DNA from: Candidatus Woesearchaeota archaeon
GTDB lineage: Archaea; Nanobdellota; Nanobdellia; Woesearchaeales; GW2011-AR9
NCBI GenBank assembly: GCA_018696595.1
Contig: JABHQW010000008.1
Span: 96,001 to 160,000, forward strand
Length of the DNA: 64,000 bases
Reading direction: 5' to 3'
In this document: in pieces, positions 29,897-38,783 of the stretch
Position numbering within the stretch: position 1 is the first letter of the stretch
How the letters are laid out: the number at the start of each line of letters is the position of its first letter
The notes under the pieces: generated by a model
Told to the model about the DNA's origin: nothing
The model's input: only the letters and a program-made list of their open reading frames with translations
Database searches by the model: none
Translations under genes and position numbers: made by a program

Positions 29897-30801
29897 ATAA
29901 GCATCCCAATTAACCAAACAACTAACAGTCCTAAAAAGCACCCTGCAGAAATGAAAGGCATAGCAGGATAAAATCTTTTTTCTTTACCAATAAACATTAA
30001 TAATCCCAATCCAAGTAAAGCAAAGAATGGTATTAGTAAAGCTTGCCATAAACCAATTTCTTTTAGAATAACTCCAGCAAAGATTAAGGGGAATCCAATA
30101 TCTCCGCCACCTAAAAGAGCAGTTCTAACTTTCTGTGGAATCTTTTTTACTTTCGCTTTGATCTTCTTGTTAGTGGCTTTTTTTATTTTAGATTTCTTAG
30201 CTTTCCCAAGTTTGTAAGGAATTAATAAACCAGCAAACATGTTTGCTTTCGCTTGCGACTTTGCCAATTTAATCATATGTTTAGATTTCCAGACAGCGTA
30301 AGCATCGTAAGCAGAAATGATAACCAATAAAATTGAAACTGATAATAAATTGAATATTGGAACAAAGATAATTGCTAATCCACCATAAATAAATAATTCA
30401 GTAAAGTTCTGAACCCAAACATTTGGTTTGAACACTTTCCAGATTGCTAATATTAAAGCTAACAAAAGTGCTATTTCCATTCTGATAAAAGCACCAAAGG
30501 CAACAAATAAAGATATTAATACTGCAATTAAAAACCAACCCTTCCATAACCAGATTGCGTTGAATTTTATTATTAAAAATAATAATCCAGTTCCAACTAA
30601 GATTGCTAAAACGATTGGCAAATAAGAAACATCTTCATCTATCGGCGGTCTTTCTCCAAAAGGTAATTCTTCAAACGTTGTTTCTCCTGTTTCTAAAGTC
30701 TTTTCTGTATCAATCGATTGATGAAGAGCAGCAATTCCAATAAACTGTGCTAGTAAAAATATTGCTAAAAGAATAATAGTAATCTTCACACCGTGTTTCA
30801 T
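29893..30801 (-). CDS. Presenilin/signal-peptide-peptidase-like GxGD intramembrane aspartyl protease (A22)
   Basis: 'YDAYAVW' (YD), 'LGGGDIGFP' (GxGD) and 'YPAMPFI' (PAL-like) motifs. Confidence 0.92.
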   Translation of the reverse strand: MKHGVKITIILLAIFLLAQFIGIAALHQSIDTEKTLETGETTFEELPFGERPPIDEDVSYLPIVLAILVGTGLLFLIIKFNAIWLWKGWFLIAVLISLFVAFGAFIRMEIALLLALILAIWKVFKPNVWVQNFTELFIYGGLAIIFVPIFNLLSVSILLVIISAYDAYAVWKSKHMIKLAKSQAKANMFAGLLIPYKLGKAKKSKIKKATNKKIKAKVKKIPQKVRTALLGGGDIGFPLIFAGVILKEIGLWQALLIPFFALLGLGLLMFIGKEKRFYPAMPFISAGCFLGLLVVWLIGMLI

Positions 30802-30841
30802 GAAGAGAATTATATTTTATTGGTTTATATAATTTGCTGAA

Positions 30842-31795
30842 TTACTTGAACAACTTTTTATAGAATTCTTCTCTGCCAACACTGTCTAAGAACTCAAGTC
30901 TCTTTAAACATTTAATAAAAACATCTTCACCTTCATATTTTTTATAGAAAAACCAACCCATATAAGTAAAAATAACCATTTTTATTCCGTCAAACAAATG
31001 TTTTTTCTCAGTTTCAGAAAGTTTTCTATATTTCAAGTAATCTTTCAATAAAGATCTTGCCCTAACAAAATTAAACTTTCTTTCTCTCATCCAAGCCCAA
31101 TAATAAATAAAATTGGCAACATCAAAAATTAGATGAGTATAACAAGCATCATCAAAATCTAAAACCCCAACTATTTTATCACCATCAAATTTCAAATTGG
31201 TAATATCCCAATCCCCATGACATACCCCTTTTGGGAGAGAACCAGATAATTTAACTTTATTAATCTCATCTCTTAGAAATTGTAACCTTTCTTTACCTTT
31301 AGTCTTTGATTTAAATCGTTTTGCTTCAACCTTTGCAATATCTAAACAAAACTTTTTATCCTTAGTTTCTCTAACATCCCAATAATCAGGCCTATAACCT
31401 TGTGAAATATTGTGAAGTTTAGCTAAATACTTTCCTAACTCATGAGATTGAATTTTATTTGGCTTCTTAATGTGCTTTCCTTTAATATAATCAAAAATAG
31501 CATAATATTTCTCCTTATATTTTCCTATGAAGTCTCCATGAACATTTCTAATAGGGGTTGGACAGGGATATTTATGGTCATAAAAATAATGAAGAATATT
31601 AACTTCAAAAAGAATATATTTTCTGGATCTATGCTCATAGTATCTTAAAACAAATTTCCCCTTAGTTGTTTTAAGCAAAATATTTGTTTGTACAGTCCCT
31701 TCTTTGAATGGTCTTGAACTCTTTAATTGACCGAGATTATAACCTACAAGAATTTTATTTAACTCCTCTTTTGAAAATTTTTTTTTAGCAACCAT
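30842..31795 (-). CDS. Homoserine kinase type II / APH-family phosphotransferase
   Basis: 'GTVQTN', 'LAKLH', 'LPKGVCHGDWDITN', 'GVLDFDD'. Confidence 0.85.
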   Translation of the reverse strand: MVAKKKFSKEELNKILVGYNLGQLKSSRPFKEGTVQTNILLKTTKGKFVLRYYEHRSRKYILFEVNILHYFYDHKYPCPTPIRNVHGDFIGKYKEKYYAIFDYIKGKHIKKPNKIQSHELGKYLAKLHNISQGYRPDYWDVRETKDKKFCLDIAKVEAKRFKSKTKGKERLQFLRDEINKVKLSGSLPKGVCHGDWDITNLKFDGDKIVGVLDFDDACYTHLIFDVANFIYYWAWMRERKFNFVRARSLLKDYLKYRKLSETEKKHLFDGIKMVIFTYMGWFFYKKYEGEDVFIKCLKRLEFLDSVGREEFYKKLFK

Positions 31796-31859
31796 CTATA
31801 AAAACTAATTAGAATTCTTGATTATATAAATTTTATTCCTTTTTAATTATTTATCAACC

Positions 31860-33380
31860 CTAACTAAATCCGACACCACTAAAGCTAGTCTCAAATTCTT
31901 TCTCTTTCTTAACCGCAGCGAATTCCTTAAACAGAGGAATCTTAATCGGAACTGCAAACTTAGTAAACGTTGAAGTTACTAAAGCTTCCCCTTTATCTAA
32001 AGCAGCAATGTTACGATTATCTTGAGATAAGTCTTGAGGACTACTTTCAATTACTGCTTGCCTTTCAGAATTCATTTCTATTCCCAGAATAATTTTGGTG
32101 TTCATATTAGCCAAAATGTTTTTAGGAATTTCTGAAGGTAATTGTGTAATTGCAATTAAACCAACTTTAAACTTTCTTCCTTCTCTAGCCAAAGTATCAA
32201 AAATGTTTGAACCTTGCTCAAGAATCTTTTTTCCTAAAACACGAGGAGCTTCCTCTAAAACAACAGAGATTACTGGTTTGTCATCCAACTGTCCAATTCT
32301 TTTATAATATTTATATTTGTTAAAAATCTCGGTAGTGATTAAACCGCCAACCAAGATTTCAATCGCCCCTGAAAAAAAACTAGTATCAATAATAACCGTT
32401 TTAGCATTCTCTAAATCTTGACAAATTTCGCTAATAGTATTTTCACCAGCAACAGCATCAAAAATTCCTTGACAATGTAATTGGCCCTCAACTAAATCTA
32501 AATTTAATAAAGCGATCAGTTTTCTTTTAACTACAGAAATAGTATCTTCATGAAAACTTACCCCTTCAATCTTTTGCTCATTTAACAAACTAAAGACCCA
32601 ATTTTCCTGAAACTTTTTATGATAAGAATATAAACATTGTCTTTGCGGATCTGATAAAGATATTGCTCCTTGAAAATGTTCTGGTTTGAGTTTACTAAGA
32701 TTAACCTTCAAAGACTTGGCCCCAGGCGGAGGATTACTAGGAGTGTAATAAGAAACTCTATCTTTTTGTAAATGATCTTTCAATCCTAATCCTGTTCGGC
32801 CATAATATTCGTCATGGGGATCTAAAACAAGCATTCCCGCATAAGTGTGATTAAGAATTTCCCAAAGGACACAACTCATTAAATTACTTTTACCTTTTCC
32901 CGTAGATGCAGGAATCAAAACATGGTGACTTAAAACGTCCCTTCCTGCTAAAAATATATTAAAGTCCATTTCCTTGCTACCAGACCTAAGTTTACCCAAA
33001 TATAACGGATTCTCAGGTTTAGTAATAAAGAATAAATCTTCTTTAGTTATTTCTCTGATCTTGGAAAAGAAACTCGGCAATTTCTTGCAAGTTTTACTTT
33101 TATCTCCCACATTTAAAATTGGTTTCAATAAAGCTAATTGATAATTTCTTAAATTTTCATCCATGATTGAAAATGATCCTTCTTCTAAATTCATTCCTGC
33201 AACCATTTCTAAATTTTGTTGAGAAATCTGTGAACCATAAATTAAATCATAAACTTGTAAAATAAATTTTTCATTATTGTTCTCAATTACTAAAAGTTCC
33301 CCCAACTCAACTTCTTGATCTGCTTTAACTCGCATCACAATCTTACTGAAATCACCCGAAACAATTTGACCTTTAAGCAT
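31860..33380 (-). CDS. herA: HerA-like DNA helicase/translocase ATPase
   Basis: N-terminal HAS-barrel-like region; Walker A 'ASTGKGKS'; 'DPHDEY'; 'LEEAPR'; 'REGRKFKVG'; 'TQLPS'. Confidence 0.85.
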   Translation of the reverse strand: MLKGQIVSGDFSKIVMRVKADQEVELGELLVIENNNEKFILQVYDLIYGSQISQQNLEMVAGMNLEEGSFSIMDENLRNYQLALLKPILNVGDKSKTCKKLPSFFSKIREITKEDLFFITKPENPLYLGKLRSGSKEMDFNIFLAGRDVLSHHVLIPASTGKGKSNLMSCVLWEILNHTYAGMLVLDPHDEYYGRTGLGLKDHLQKDRVSYYTPSNPPPGAKSLKVNLSKLKPEHFQGAISLSDPQRQCLYSYHKKFQENWVFSLLNEQKIEGVSFHEDTISVVKRKLIALLNLDLVEGQLHCQGIFDAVAGENTISEICQDLENAKTVIIDTSFFSGAIEILVGGLITTEIFNKYKYYKRIGQLDDKPVISVVLEEAPRVLGKKILEQGSNIFDTLAREGRKFKVGLIAITQLPSEIPKNILANMNTKIILGIEMNSERQAVIESSPQDLSQDNRNIAALDKGEALVTSTFTKFAVPIKIPLFKEFAAVKKEKEFETSFSGVGFS

Positions 33381-33477
33381 AGATTAAACAATTAATTCTT
33401 TGTTTTTATGCTTTTAGGTGATGAATAAGATAAATCCATGAAAAGCTTTATAAAACACTCCAGTTTTTAGGATTAAC

Positions 33478-33732
33478 ATGGAAGCAACAGTTATGCATTT
33501 TAGACAAGGAAGACATCATCAGAACACTAGACAGATGATTATTAAGGTAGCAGACACTCCTGAAGAAGCGGAGAAAGTTATTGGTAAAACTGTTACTTGG
33601 ACTTCTCCTAGCGGCAAAGAGATTAAAGGTAAGATTTCTGCATTACACGGTCGAAAGGGTGCTGTAAGAGCTATTTTTGAAGAAAAAGGTTTACCGGGTC
33701 AATCTCTAGGAACCAAGATTAAGATTGAATAG
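33478..33732 (+). CDS. rpl35ae: 50S ribosomal protein L35Ae
   Basis: 'IGKTVTWTSPSGK...GKISALHGRKGAVRAIFE.GLPGQSLG'. Confidence 0.95.
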   Translation: MEATVMHFRQGRHHQNTRQMIIKVADTPEEAEKVIGKTVTWTSPSGKEIKGKISALHGRKGAVRAIFEEKGLPGQSLGTKIKIE

Positions 33733-33773
33733 AATTTTAGTTTTCTATATTTTAATTATTAAGAATTATTAAA

Positions 33774-34481
33774 TTAAGCACTATGTGGTAAAGCAGAATC
33801 TGATTTATCTTCCTCAATAAATCTTTCCAAAGCTACAAGAATTTGACCAACTTCTACAATTCTAGTGCCAATCTGATTTTTTATTGTAGTAACTTTACCT
33901 CTCCAAGTAGCATCCGGTTCTCCCGGATCTGGCATTCTCCTAACAACCTCTCGATCAAGATGTGACATGATAGCTTCAACAGAATCATACATTTTTTGAA
34001 GATATACTTTCTTTTCCCCTTCCGTTGAATGGCGAGCAGCCCTTAGACCCTTTTTAAAATTTTTTAAGTTTTCAACTATCCCTTTAACTTGTTCTTTAGC
34101 TTCTTTCACAACCTCGTCAGTTTTGTCACTGAAACCATCGGCCTTTAAGTCACCCAAATCTGTCTGGACTTCAACTAGATAGCCACGAATTGGACTTAAC
34201 AAGCCTTCTCTTTTCTTAGTAGCTTTCATTGCTGCTAGTTTCTCTTTATCAGTTTTTTTCTTTTTCTCTCCCGCTTCTTTATGTTCTTTGTATTTACCAC
34301 CCAAAAAATCTCTAAACTTTTTAGCTTTCTCATCTTGTTCTATTTTCCTAGCTTTTTTTGATTCTTCGGTTGGAGGAGCCACTAAAAAGAATTTAACAAT
34401 ATACCACAATAACATTAAACCAACAATACCGCGAGCTAAATCGATAAACTGAAGTACACTTCCACTAACTGGTGTTGGCAT
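33774..34481 (-). CDS. Hypothetical single-TM protein with a charged helical cytoplasmic domain
   Basis: One N-terminal TM followed by K/E-rich helices; starts 1 nt after the stop of the upstream gene. Confidence 0.75.
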   Translation of the reverse strand: MPTPVSGSVLQFIDLARGIVGLMLLWYIVKFFLVAPPTEESKKARKIEQDEKAKKFRDFLGGKYKEHKEAGEKKKKTDKEKLAAMKATKKREGLLSPIRGYLVEVQTDLGDLKADGFSDKTDEVVKEAKEQVKGIVENLKNFKKGLRAARHSTEGEKKVYLQKMYDSVEAIMSHLDREVVRRMPDPGEPDATWRGKVTTIKNQIGTRIVEVGQILVALERFIEEDKSDSALPHSA

Positions 34482-34482
34482 T

Positions 34483-35028
34483 TTAAATCATCCTCGCTAC
34501 ATGATAACGCATAGCTTCTAAAATCCACATTAATAATATAGTTAATATTACTTTCAAAACCACTGTTGCTTTAGTTTCTTTACTATTTCCTTCACTATCC
34601 TTTCCAGGGTAAGACCACATTAAGAATGCAATTCCAACAATGGGGCCTCCGATTAATAATAAAGCAACTAAAGTTGCCCAGCCTGTTCCTGCGGCTAATA
34701 AAACGTGTGCGGGTAAAAATATTGAAGTGATAATTGCAATAATTAAAGAGATGACTAATGCTTGATTCTTTTTAATAAAAGGCAAAGTCGGTTTGTCTCC
34801 ACCACTTAACATGTTAATTACTGCATAAAAAATTGTAAACACTAAGATCCCTATTAATATTCTAGTCAAAGCCACAACCACAGAACCATCAGACATCCCT
34901 AAGAAACTAAGGTTACCGACACTCATGATTTTCCACCAAACGTTTCCTAAAGTATCTCCTAAGTCCGCTAAAACAGTAGGAATAGCTAACAAAGACAGCA
35001 TACTAAATAACAACCACTTCTTTTTCAT
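34483..35028 (-). CDS. Hypothetical membrane protein with signal peptide (paralog of the N-half of 35110-36489)
   Basis: Signal-like N-terminus; TM module 'RILIGILVFTIFY...ALVISLIIAIITSIFLP...GTGWATLVALLLIGGPIVG'. Confidence 0.75.
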   Translation of the reverse strand: MKKKWLLFSMLSLLAIPTVLADLGDTLGNVWWKIMSVGNLSFLGMSDGSVVVALTRILIGILVFTIFYAVINMLSGGDKPTLPFIKKNQALVISLIIAIITSIFLPAHVLLAAGTGWATLVALLLIGGPIVGIAFLMWSYPGKDSEGNSKETKATVVLKVILTILLMWILEAMRYHVARMI

Positions 35029-35109
35029 TAAGGTTAGAATTATTTAATGGTTTATAAGATTTTTGTATGTCAGAAATATAAATAAAAAGAAAAAAAGAAA
35101 AAATGGGGT

Positions 35110-36489
35110 TTAAACAACCCAATTGTCTTTAATGTAGTTTGCAAGTGCAATTGTTTGAGCCAATGCTAATGTTTCTGCTTTCTTAGCTTTACCTAATGCT
35201 AACATTAACGCATTAGTGTGTTTCTTAATTGCATTCAAATCAGTCTCAGCAGGGTTTCCTGCACAAGTAAAAGGATATCCTGCACCACCATTAACCTTGG
35301 CGTAAAAATCAGATTGTCCTTTTCTAACTTTAGCAATTGCAGTTTTAGCACCACGAACTTCTGATAAAACTACAGAAAATTGACCAAGAATTAATTGTGA
35401 GTCTGCACCCATCTTGTCTATTACTGATTGTTTTACACCTTTTTTAGCAAGTTCTTTCTGCAATTTAGTCATCTCTCTAACTTCTCTTCTTTCAGCTCGC
35501 TTAAATCTTTTCATATCTTTTGTGGTTACAGTATCCATAATACTTTTTAATTTATTATAAGACGCTTTCATAGAATCTAACTGAGCCTTACTTAACACAT
35601 CTTTAGTAGCATGTTTGTCAACATCAGTGTACTTAAGCTTGTAATCTTTACCAAAACTAATTGCTTCTTTGATATCTTTTAGCTGTTCTTCTTCTGCCGC
35701 GACATCTGATAATAGTCTAGTTTTTTCAATCTGAGCATGTCTTAATTCCTTACCCTTTTCAGTATAAGAACCAACAAGCGGAAGACTCTGAGAAATCCTA
35801 TTCCATAAACGTTTAGCACCATTTGGATGATGAGCTGAAGATCTTCCCCAATTGCTCATTACACTTAATAAGCTGATAGCTGCTAATGCCCAAGCTAAAA
35901 CAATTACCCATGTGAAAAAGCTAGATATTGCTCCAAAAGAAGTCCCTACAGTTCCACCAACTCCTGCTGCAAATCCGGCAATCATTCCATCAACTGTGTA
36001 TAAAACTAATATAGCAAAAACCATGCAAATAAAACGCATAATATGATGACCTTTCAGGAAATAATATGCGGCAAATAAAAGCCCCACTGGCAACCCTAAA
36101 AACAACAAACTGAATATTGTTCCGTAACCTACACCACCACCAATAATAATACTTGTTGGTGTAAAAATAATTACTACTAAACTAAGAATTGCTGATAAAC
36201 CAAGAGCAGTATAATTGTTTAAACCAATTGCTGTTGCCCCTTTGTATAATAGTAAGATAATCGCGATCAATAGTAAGAATCTAATAAATCCCTCTAATGG
36301 ATCAATCGTATTTTGAATTACATTTAAGCCATCAGGACCTAAAAACTGCAAAGTTACAATATTTTGAAAAGTCGCTTTTGCATCTATATTAGATAAACCA
36401 CTGCTGCCACTTGCTGCTGTTCCACAACCACTTAAAAACAAAGTTGCGATTACTAAAAAACTTAAAAAAAATAACATTCCTTTTTTCAT
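35110..36489 (-). CDS. Hypothetical lipoprotein-like polytopic membrane protein with a C-terminal coiled-coil domain
   Basis: Lipobox-like 'LSGC'; TM module 'RFLLLIAIILLLY...ALGLSAILSLVVIIFTP...GVGYGTIFSLLFLGLPVG'; long helical tail. Confidence 0.75.
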   Translation of the reverse strand: MKKGMLFFLSFLVIATLFLSGCGTAASGSSGLSNIDAKATFQNIVTLQFLGPDGLNVIQNTIDPLEGFIRFLLLIAIILLLYKGATAIGLNNYTALGLSAILSLVVIIFTPTSIIIGGGVGYGTIFSLLFLGLPVGLLFAAYYFLKGHHIMRFICMVFAILVLYTVDGMIAGFAAGVGGTVGTSFGAISSFFTWVIVLAWALAAISLLSVMSNWGRSSAHHPNGAKRLWNRISQSLPLVGSYTEKGKELRHAQIEKTRLLSDVAAEEEQLKDIKEAISFGKDYKLKYTDVDKHATKDVLSKAQLDSMKASYNKLKSIMDTVTTKDMKRFKRAERREVREMTKLQKELAKKGVKQSVIDKMGADSQLILGQFSVVLSEVRGAKTAIAKVRKGQSDFYAKVNGGAGYPFTCAGNPAETDLNAIKKHTNALMLALGKAKKAETLALAQTIALANYIKDNWVV

Positions 36490-36495
36490 TATTTA

Positions 36496-36545
36496 ACACC
36501 TCGATTTTTCGAGAGGCATTAGAAGATTCACGTTTCTATCGCCTC
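36496..36545 (-). promoter_or_regulatory. Two tandem hairpins in the putative 5' leader of the membrane-protein operon; one overlaps the GAGGTG ribosome-binding site
   Basis: ctcga/tcgag (36500-36513); gaggc..tagaa/ttcta..gcctc (36513-36545); SD-like GAGGTG on the minus strand about 7 nt before the ATG at 36489. Confidence 0.45.
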
Positions 36546-36679
36546 AATTTTAAATTATTATTATTAAAGAGAATTAATTGTCATATTTAAAGCTTTCCTA
36601 ACTTCAAAATATTAATTAGAGAGAAACACCTTTATCTTTTCCAAAAGCTTTATAAATAAGCCACTATCTTAATGGCTCT

Positions 36680-37129
36680 ATGACTCATATATTAACAGTA
36701 AACCCAAACGAACTTGTAAATAAGGCGGCAGTTGAACTAAAAAAGCAAAAATTAGTTGAACCAACTGAATGGAGTAAGTTTGTAAAAACCGGACATCACA
36801 AAGAAAGATTACCAGATAATGATGATTGGTGGTACCACAGATCAGCTGCAATCTTGAGAAGTATTGCTAGATTAGGCCCAGTGGGTACAGCAAAACTAAA
36901 AACGAAGTTCGGCGGAAAGAAAAACAGAGGCCACAAACCAGAAAAAGTTTTCAAGGCATCAGGTTCAATAATCAGAAAAATTCTTCAACAATTAGAAAAA
37001 TCAGAATTAATTAAACAAGCTGAAAAAGGAGTTCATAAAGGAAGAGTATTAACTCCAAAAGGCGTATCATTCTTAGATAAAATGGCTGTTGAAATCGCTA
37101 AACAGCAATATAAAGAAAGCAAACAATAA
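36680..37129 (+). CDS. rps19e: 30S ribosomal protein S19e
   Basis: 'PTEWSKFVKTG..KERLP...DWWY.RSAAILR', 'GSIIRKILQQLE', 'GRVLTPKG.SFLD'. Confidence 0.98.
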   Translation: MTHILTVNPNELVNKAAVELKKQKLVEPTEWSKFVKTGHHKERLPDNDDWWYHRSAAILRSIARLGPVGTAKLKTKFGGKKNRGHKPEKVFKASGSIIRKILQQLEKSELIKQAEKGVHKGRVLTPKGVSFLDKMAVEIAKQQYKESKQ

Positions 37130-37131
37130 AA

Positions 37132-37305
37132 ATGGCAAGAAATAAACATCCAGCAAAGAAGAAACGGTTAATCAAGTTAAATAAACAAACTAGGTGGGCA
37201 CCGTTCTGGACAGTTTTCAAAATCTATGGCAAGGGTAGAAAAGTTCATCCTTCCAGACATACAGAAGTTAAAAGATCCTGGAGAAGAGGGAAAACTAAAG
37301 CGTAA
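37132..37305 (+). CDS. rpl39e: 50S ribosomal protein L39e (not in the ORF track)
   Basis: Hand translation MARNKHPAKKKRLIKLNKQTRWAPFWTVFKIYGKGRKVHPSRHTEVKRSWRRGKTKA; lies between S19e and L31e. Confidence 0.92.
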   Translation: MARNKHPAKKKRLIKLNKQTRWAPFWTVFKIYGKGRKVHPSRHTEVKRSWRRGKTKA

Positions 37306-37310
37306 TTAAA

Positions 37311-37778
37311 ATGGCTAAGAAAGAAACCAAAACAGTTATCGAAAGAACTTATAACGTCCCGTTAAGGAAAGAGTACAGGAAAGTTCCACGTTGGCAAAGA
37401 ACTAAAAAAGCAGTTAGTGCTTTAAGACAATTTCTTTCTAAACATATGAAATCAGATAATGTTAAAATCAGTAAAGAGTTAAATCAAAAAGTTTGGAAGC
37501 ACGGAATTAAGAATCCACCACATCATGTTAAGATTACTGTTACTAAAGATTCTGAAGGTGTTGTTAAAGCAGATTTGTTTGGTGAGAAAAAAGGTAAAAA
37601 GAAATCTTCAAAACCAGTTGCTAAAAAAGAAGAAGTTAAAACTGAAGAGAAGAAAACTGAAGTAAAAGAAGAAGTTGAGAAAGTAGAAGCACCGGTTGAA
37701 GAGAAAAAAGAAGAAACAAAAGAACCAGAAGCACCTAAAGAAGAAAAGCCAGTTGAAGAAATTAAGAAATCCGAATAA
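37311..37778 (+). CDS. rpl31e: 50S ribosomal protein L31e with a K/E-rich C-terminal extension
   Basis: 'ERTYNVPLR...RTKKAV..LRQF..KHMK...LNQKVWKHGIKNPPHHVKI'. Confidence 0.97.
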   Translation: MAKKETKTVIERTYNVPLRKEYRKVPRWQRTKKAVSALRQFLSKHMKSDNVKISKELNQKVWKHGIKNPPHHVKITVTKDSEGVVKADLFGEKKGKKKSSKPVAKKEEVKTEEKKTEVKEEVEKVEAPVEEKKEETKEPEAPKEEKPVEEIKKSE

Positions 37779-37802
37779 TTCTAAATTGTTTTTTATAAAG
37801 AC

Positions 37803-37832
37803 CCACTAGACACACTAGACAGGTTCAGGAAA
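37803..37832 (+). repeat. 30-bp dispersed motif, copy A (upstream of the Cas4-like nuclease promoter)
   Basis: ccactagacacactagacaggttcaggaaa; 25/30 identical to 55406-55435; directly 5' of a BRE/TATA-like 'aaacacatataaag'. Confidence 0.8.
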
Positions 37833-37882
37833 CACATATAAAGGATTAGTTTTCTAATATTTCTATAAAAAACGAAAGGAGG

Positions 37883-37964
37883 AAAAGATTATCATCTTTT
37901 GGTGGGTAAGTTATTTTATGAACGCATCCCACCGTCTTTGGATGATAACCTTTGTAAAGGTTAT
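37883..37964 (+). promoter_or_regulatory. Structured leader with mutually exclusive stems upstream of the Cas4-like gene
   Basis: ttatcatc(37889-96)/gatgataa(37941-48); ggtggg(37901-06)/cccacc(37928-33); competing aaaagat/atctttt (37883-37900) and ataaccttt/aaaggttat (37945-64). Confidence 0.55.
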
Positions 37965-38780
37965 ATGGCAAAAAGAGTTGAATCACCATCATCAATTAAT
38001 ACGTTTAAGCAATGTAAAAGAAAATATTATTATTCCTACATAGAAAAATTGCCAAGCGTCCCAAGTATCCACCTAGTCAGAGGAAATATTGCCCACTCTG
38101 CTTTGGAAGATTTCTACGATATTGATGTCAGCAAATTCAATGAAGAAAATTGTCAAAAAGAATTTCAACAAGCTGTTCAAAAATTATTGGTTTATCAATG
38201 GGACAAATATGGACCGAAATTAAATGACCTGGGCTTAAATAATGATAAATTAAAATTTTATTTTGAAGAAACAATGTTAATGTTAATGAATTGGTGTAAA
38301 TATTTCTTAGCAGATATCAAACAATTAATTAAAGAAAAAAATATTTCTGTACAAGAAGCGTTTACTGAATTAACACCAGTCAGAGAACAGAAATTTAGTT
38401 CTGAAGAATATTCTGTAAGGGGATTTATTGATGCTGTTCACCATTGTGGAGATGAGATTCACATTTTAGACTATAAAACAAATGCACGGTTTGATATGAA
38501 AGAGAGCATTAAGTTGCAATTGGCAATATACTCTTTGTTATACCAAGAAAAGAAAGGAGTTATGCCGCATAAAGTAGGAATCTTTTTCTTAAGACATAAA
38601 TCCAAGTATATGAATGTAGAACCTGGATTAATTGAGTTAGCTAAACGAGAAATCAATTCAATTCATTCACATACTTCTAGTACTGAACATGTCGATGATT
38701 ATCCGCAAACCATTACACCTTTATGTAAATGGTCTACTGGTCAGTGTGATTATTATCATGCCTGTAAACCACACGGTTAA
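37965..38780 (+). CDS. PD-(D/E)XK nuclease, solo Cas4/AddB-like with a predicted Fe-S cluster
   Basis: 'SPSSINTFKQCKRKYY', 'RGNIAH', 'GFIDAV...ILDYKT', 'QLAIY'; C-terminal 'CKWSTGQCDYYHAC'; ATG at 37965 is the more likely start than 37899. Confidence 0.88.
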   Translation: MAKRVESPSSINTFKQCKRKYYYSYIEKLPSVPSIHLVRGNIAHSALEDFYDIDVSKFNEENCQKEFQQAVQKLLVYQWDKYGPKLNDLGLNNDKLKFYFEETMLMLMNWCKYFLADIKQLIKEKNISVQEAFTELTPVREQKFSSEEYSVRGFIDAVHHCGDEIHILDYKTNARFDMKESIKLQLAIYSLLYQEKKGVMPHKVGIFFLRHKSKYMNVEPGLIELAKREINSIHSHTSSTEHVDDYPQTITPLCKWSTGQCDYYHACKPHG

Positions 38781-38783
38781 GAA

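Noticed and set aside
37883-37964. SAM-I riboswitch (UUAUC...GAUAA P1 resemblance)
   Set aside because: The core AGA-G, GCAACC and pseudoknot elements are absent; only the P1-like ends match
37899-37964. N-terminal 22-aa extension of the Cas4-like ORF
   Set aside because: It starts at a TTG within the structured leader; family-like sequence begins at the ATG at 37965
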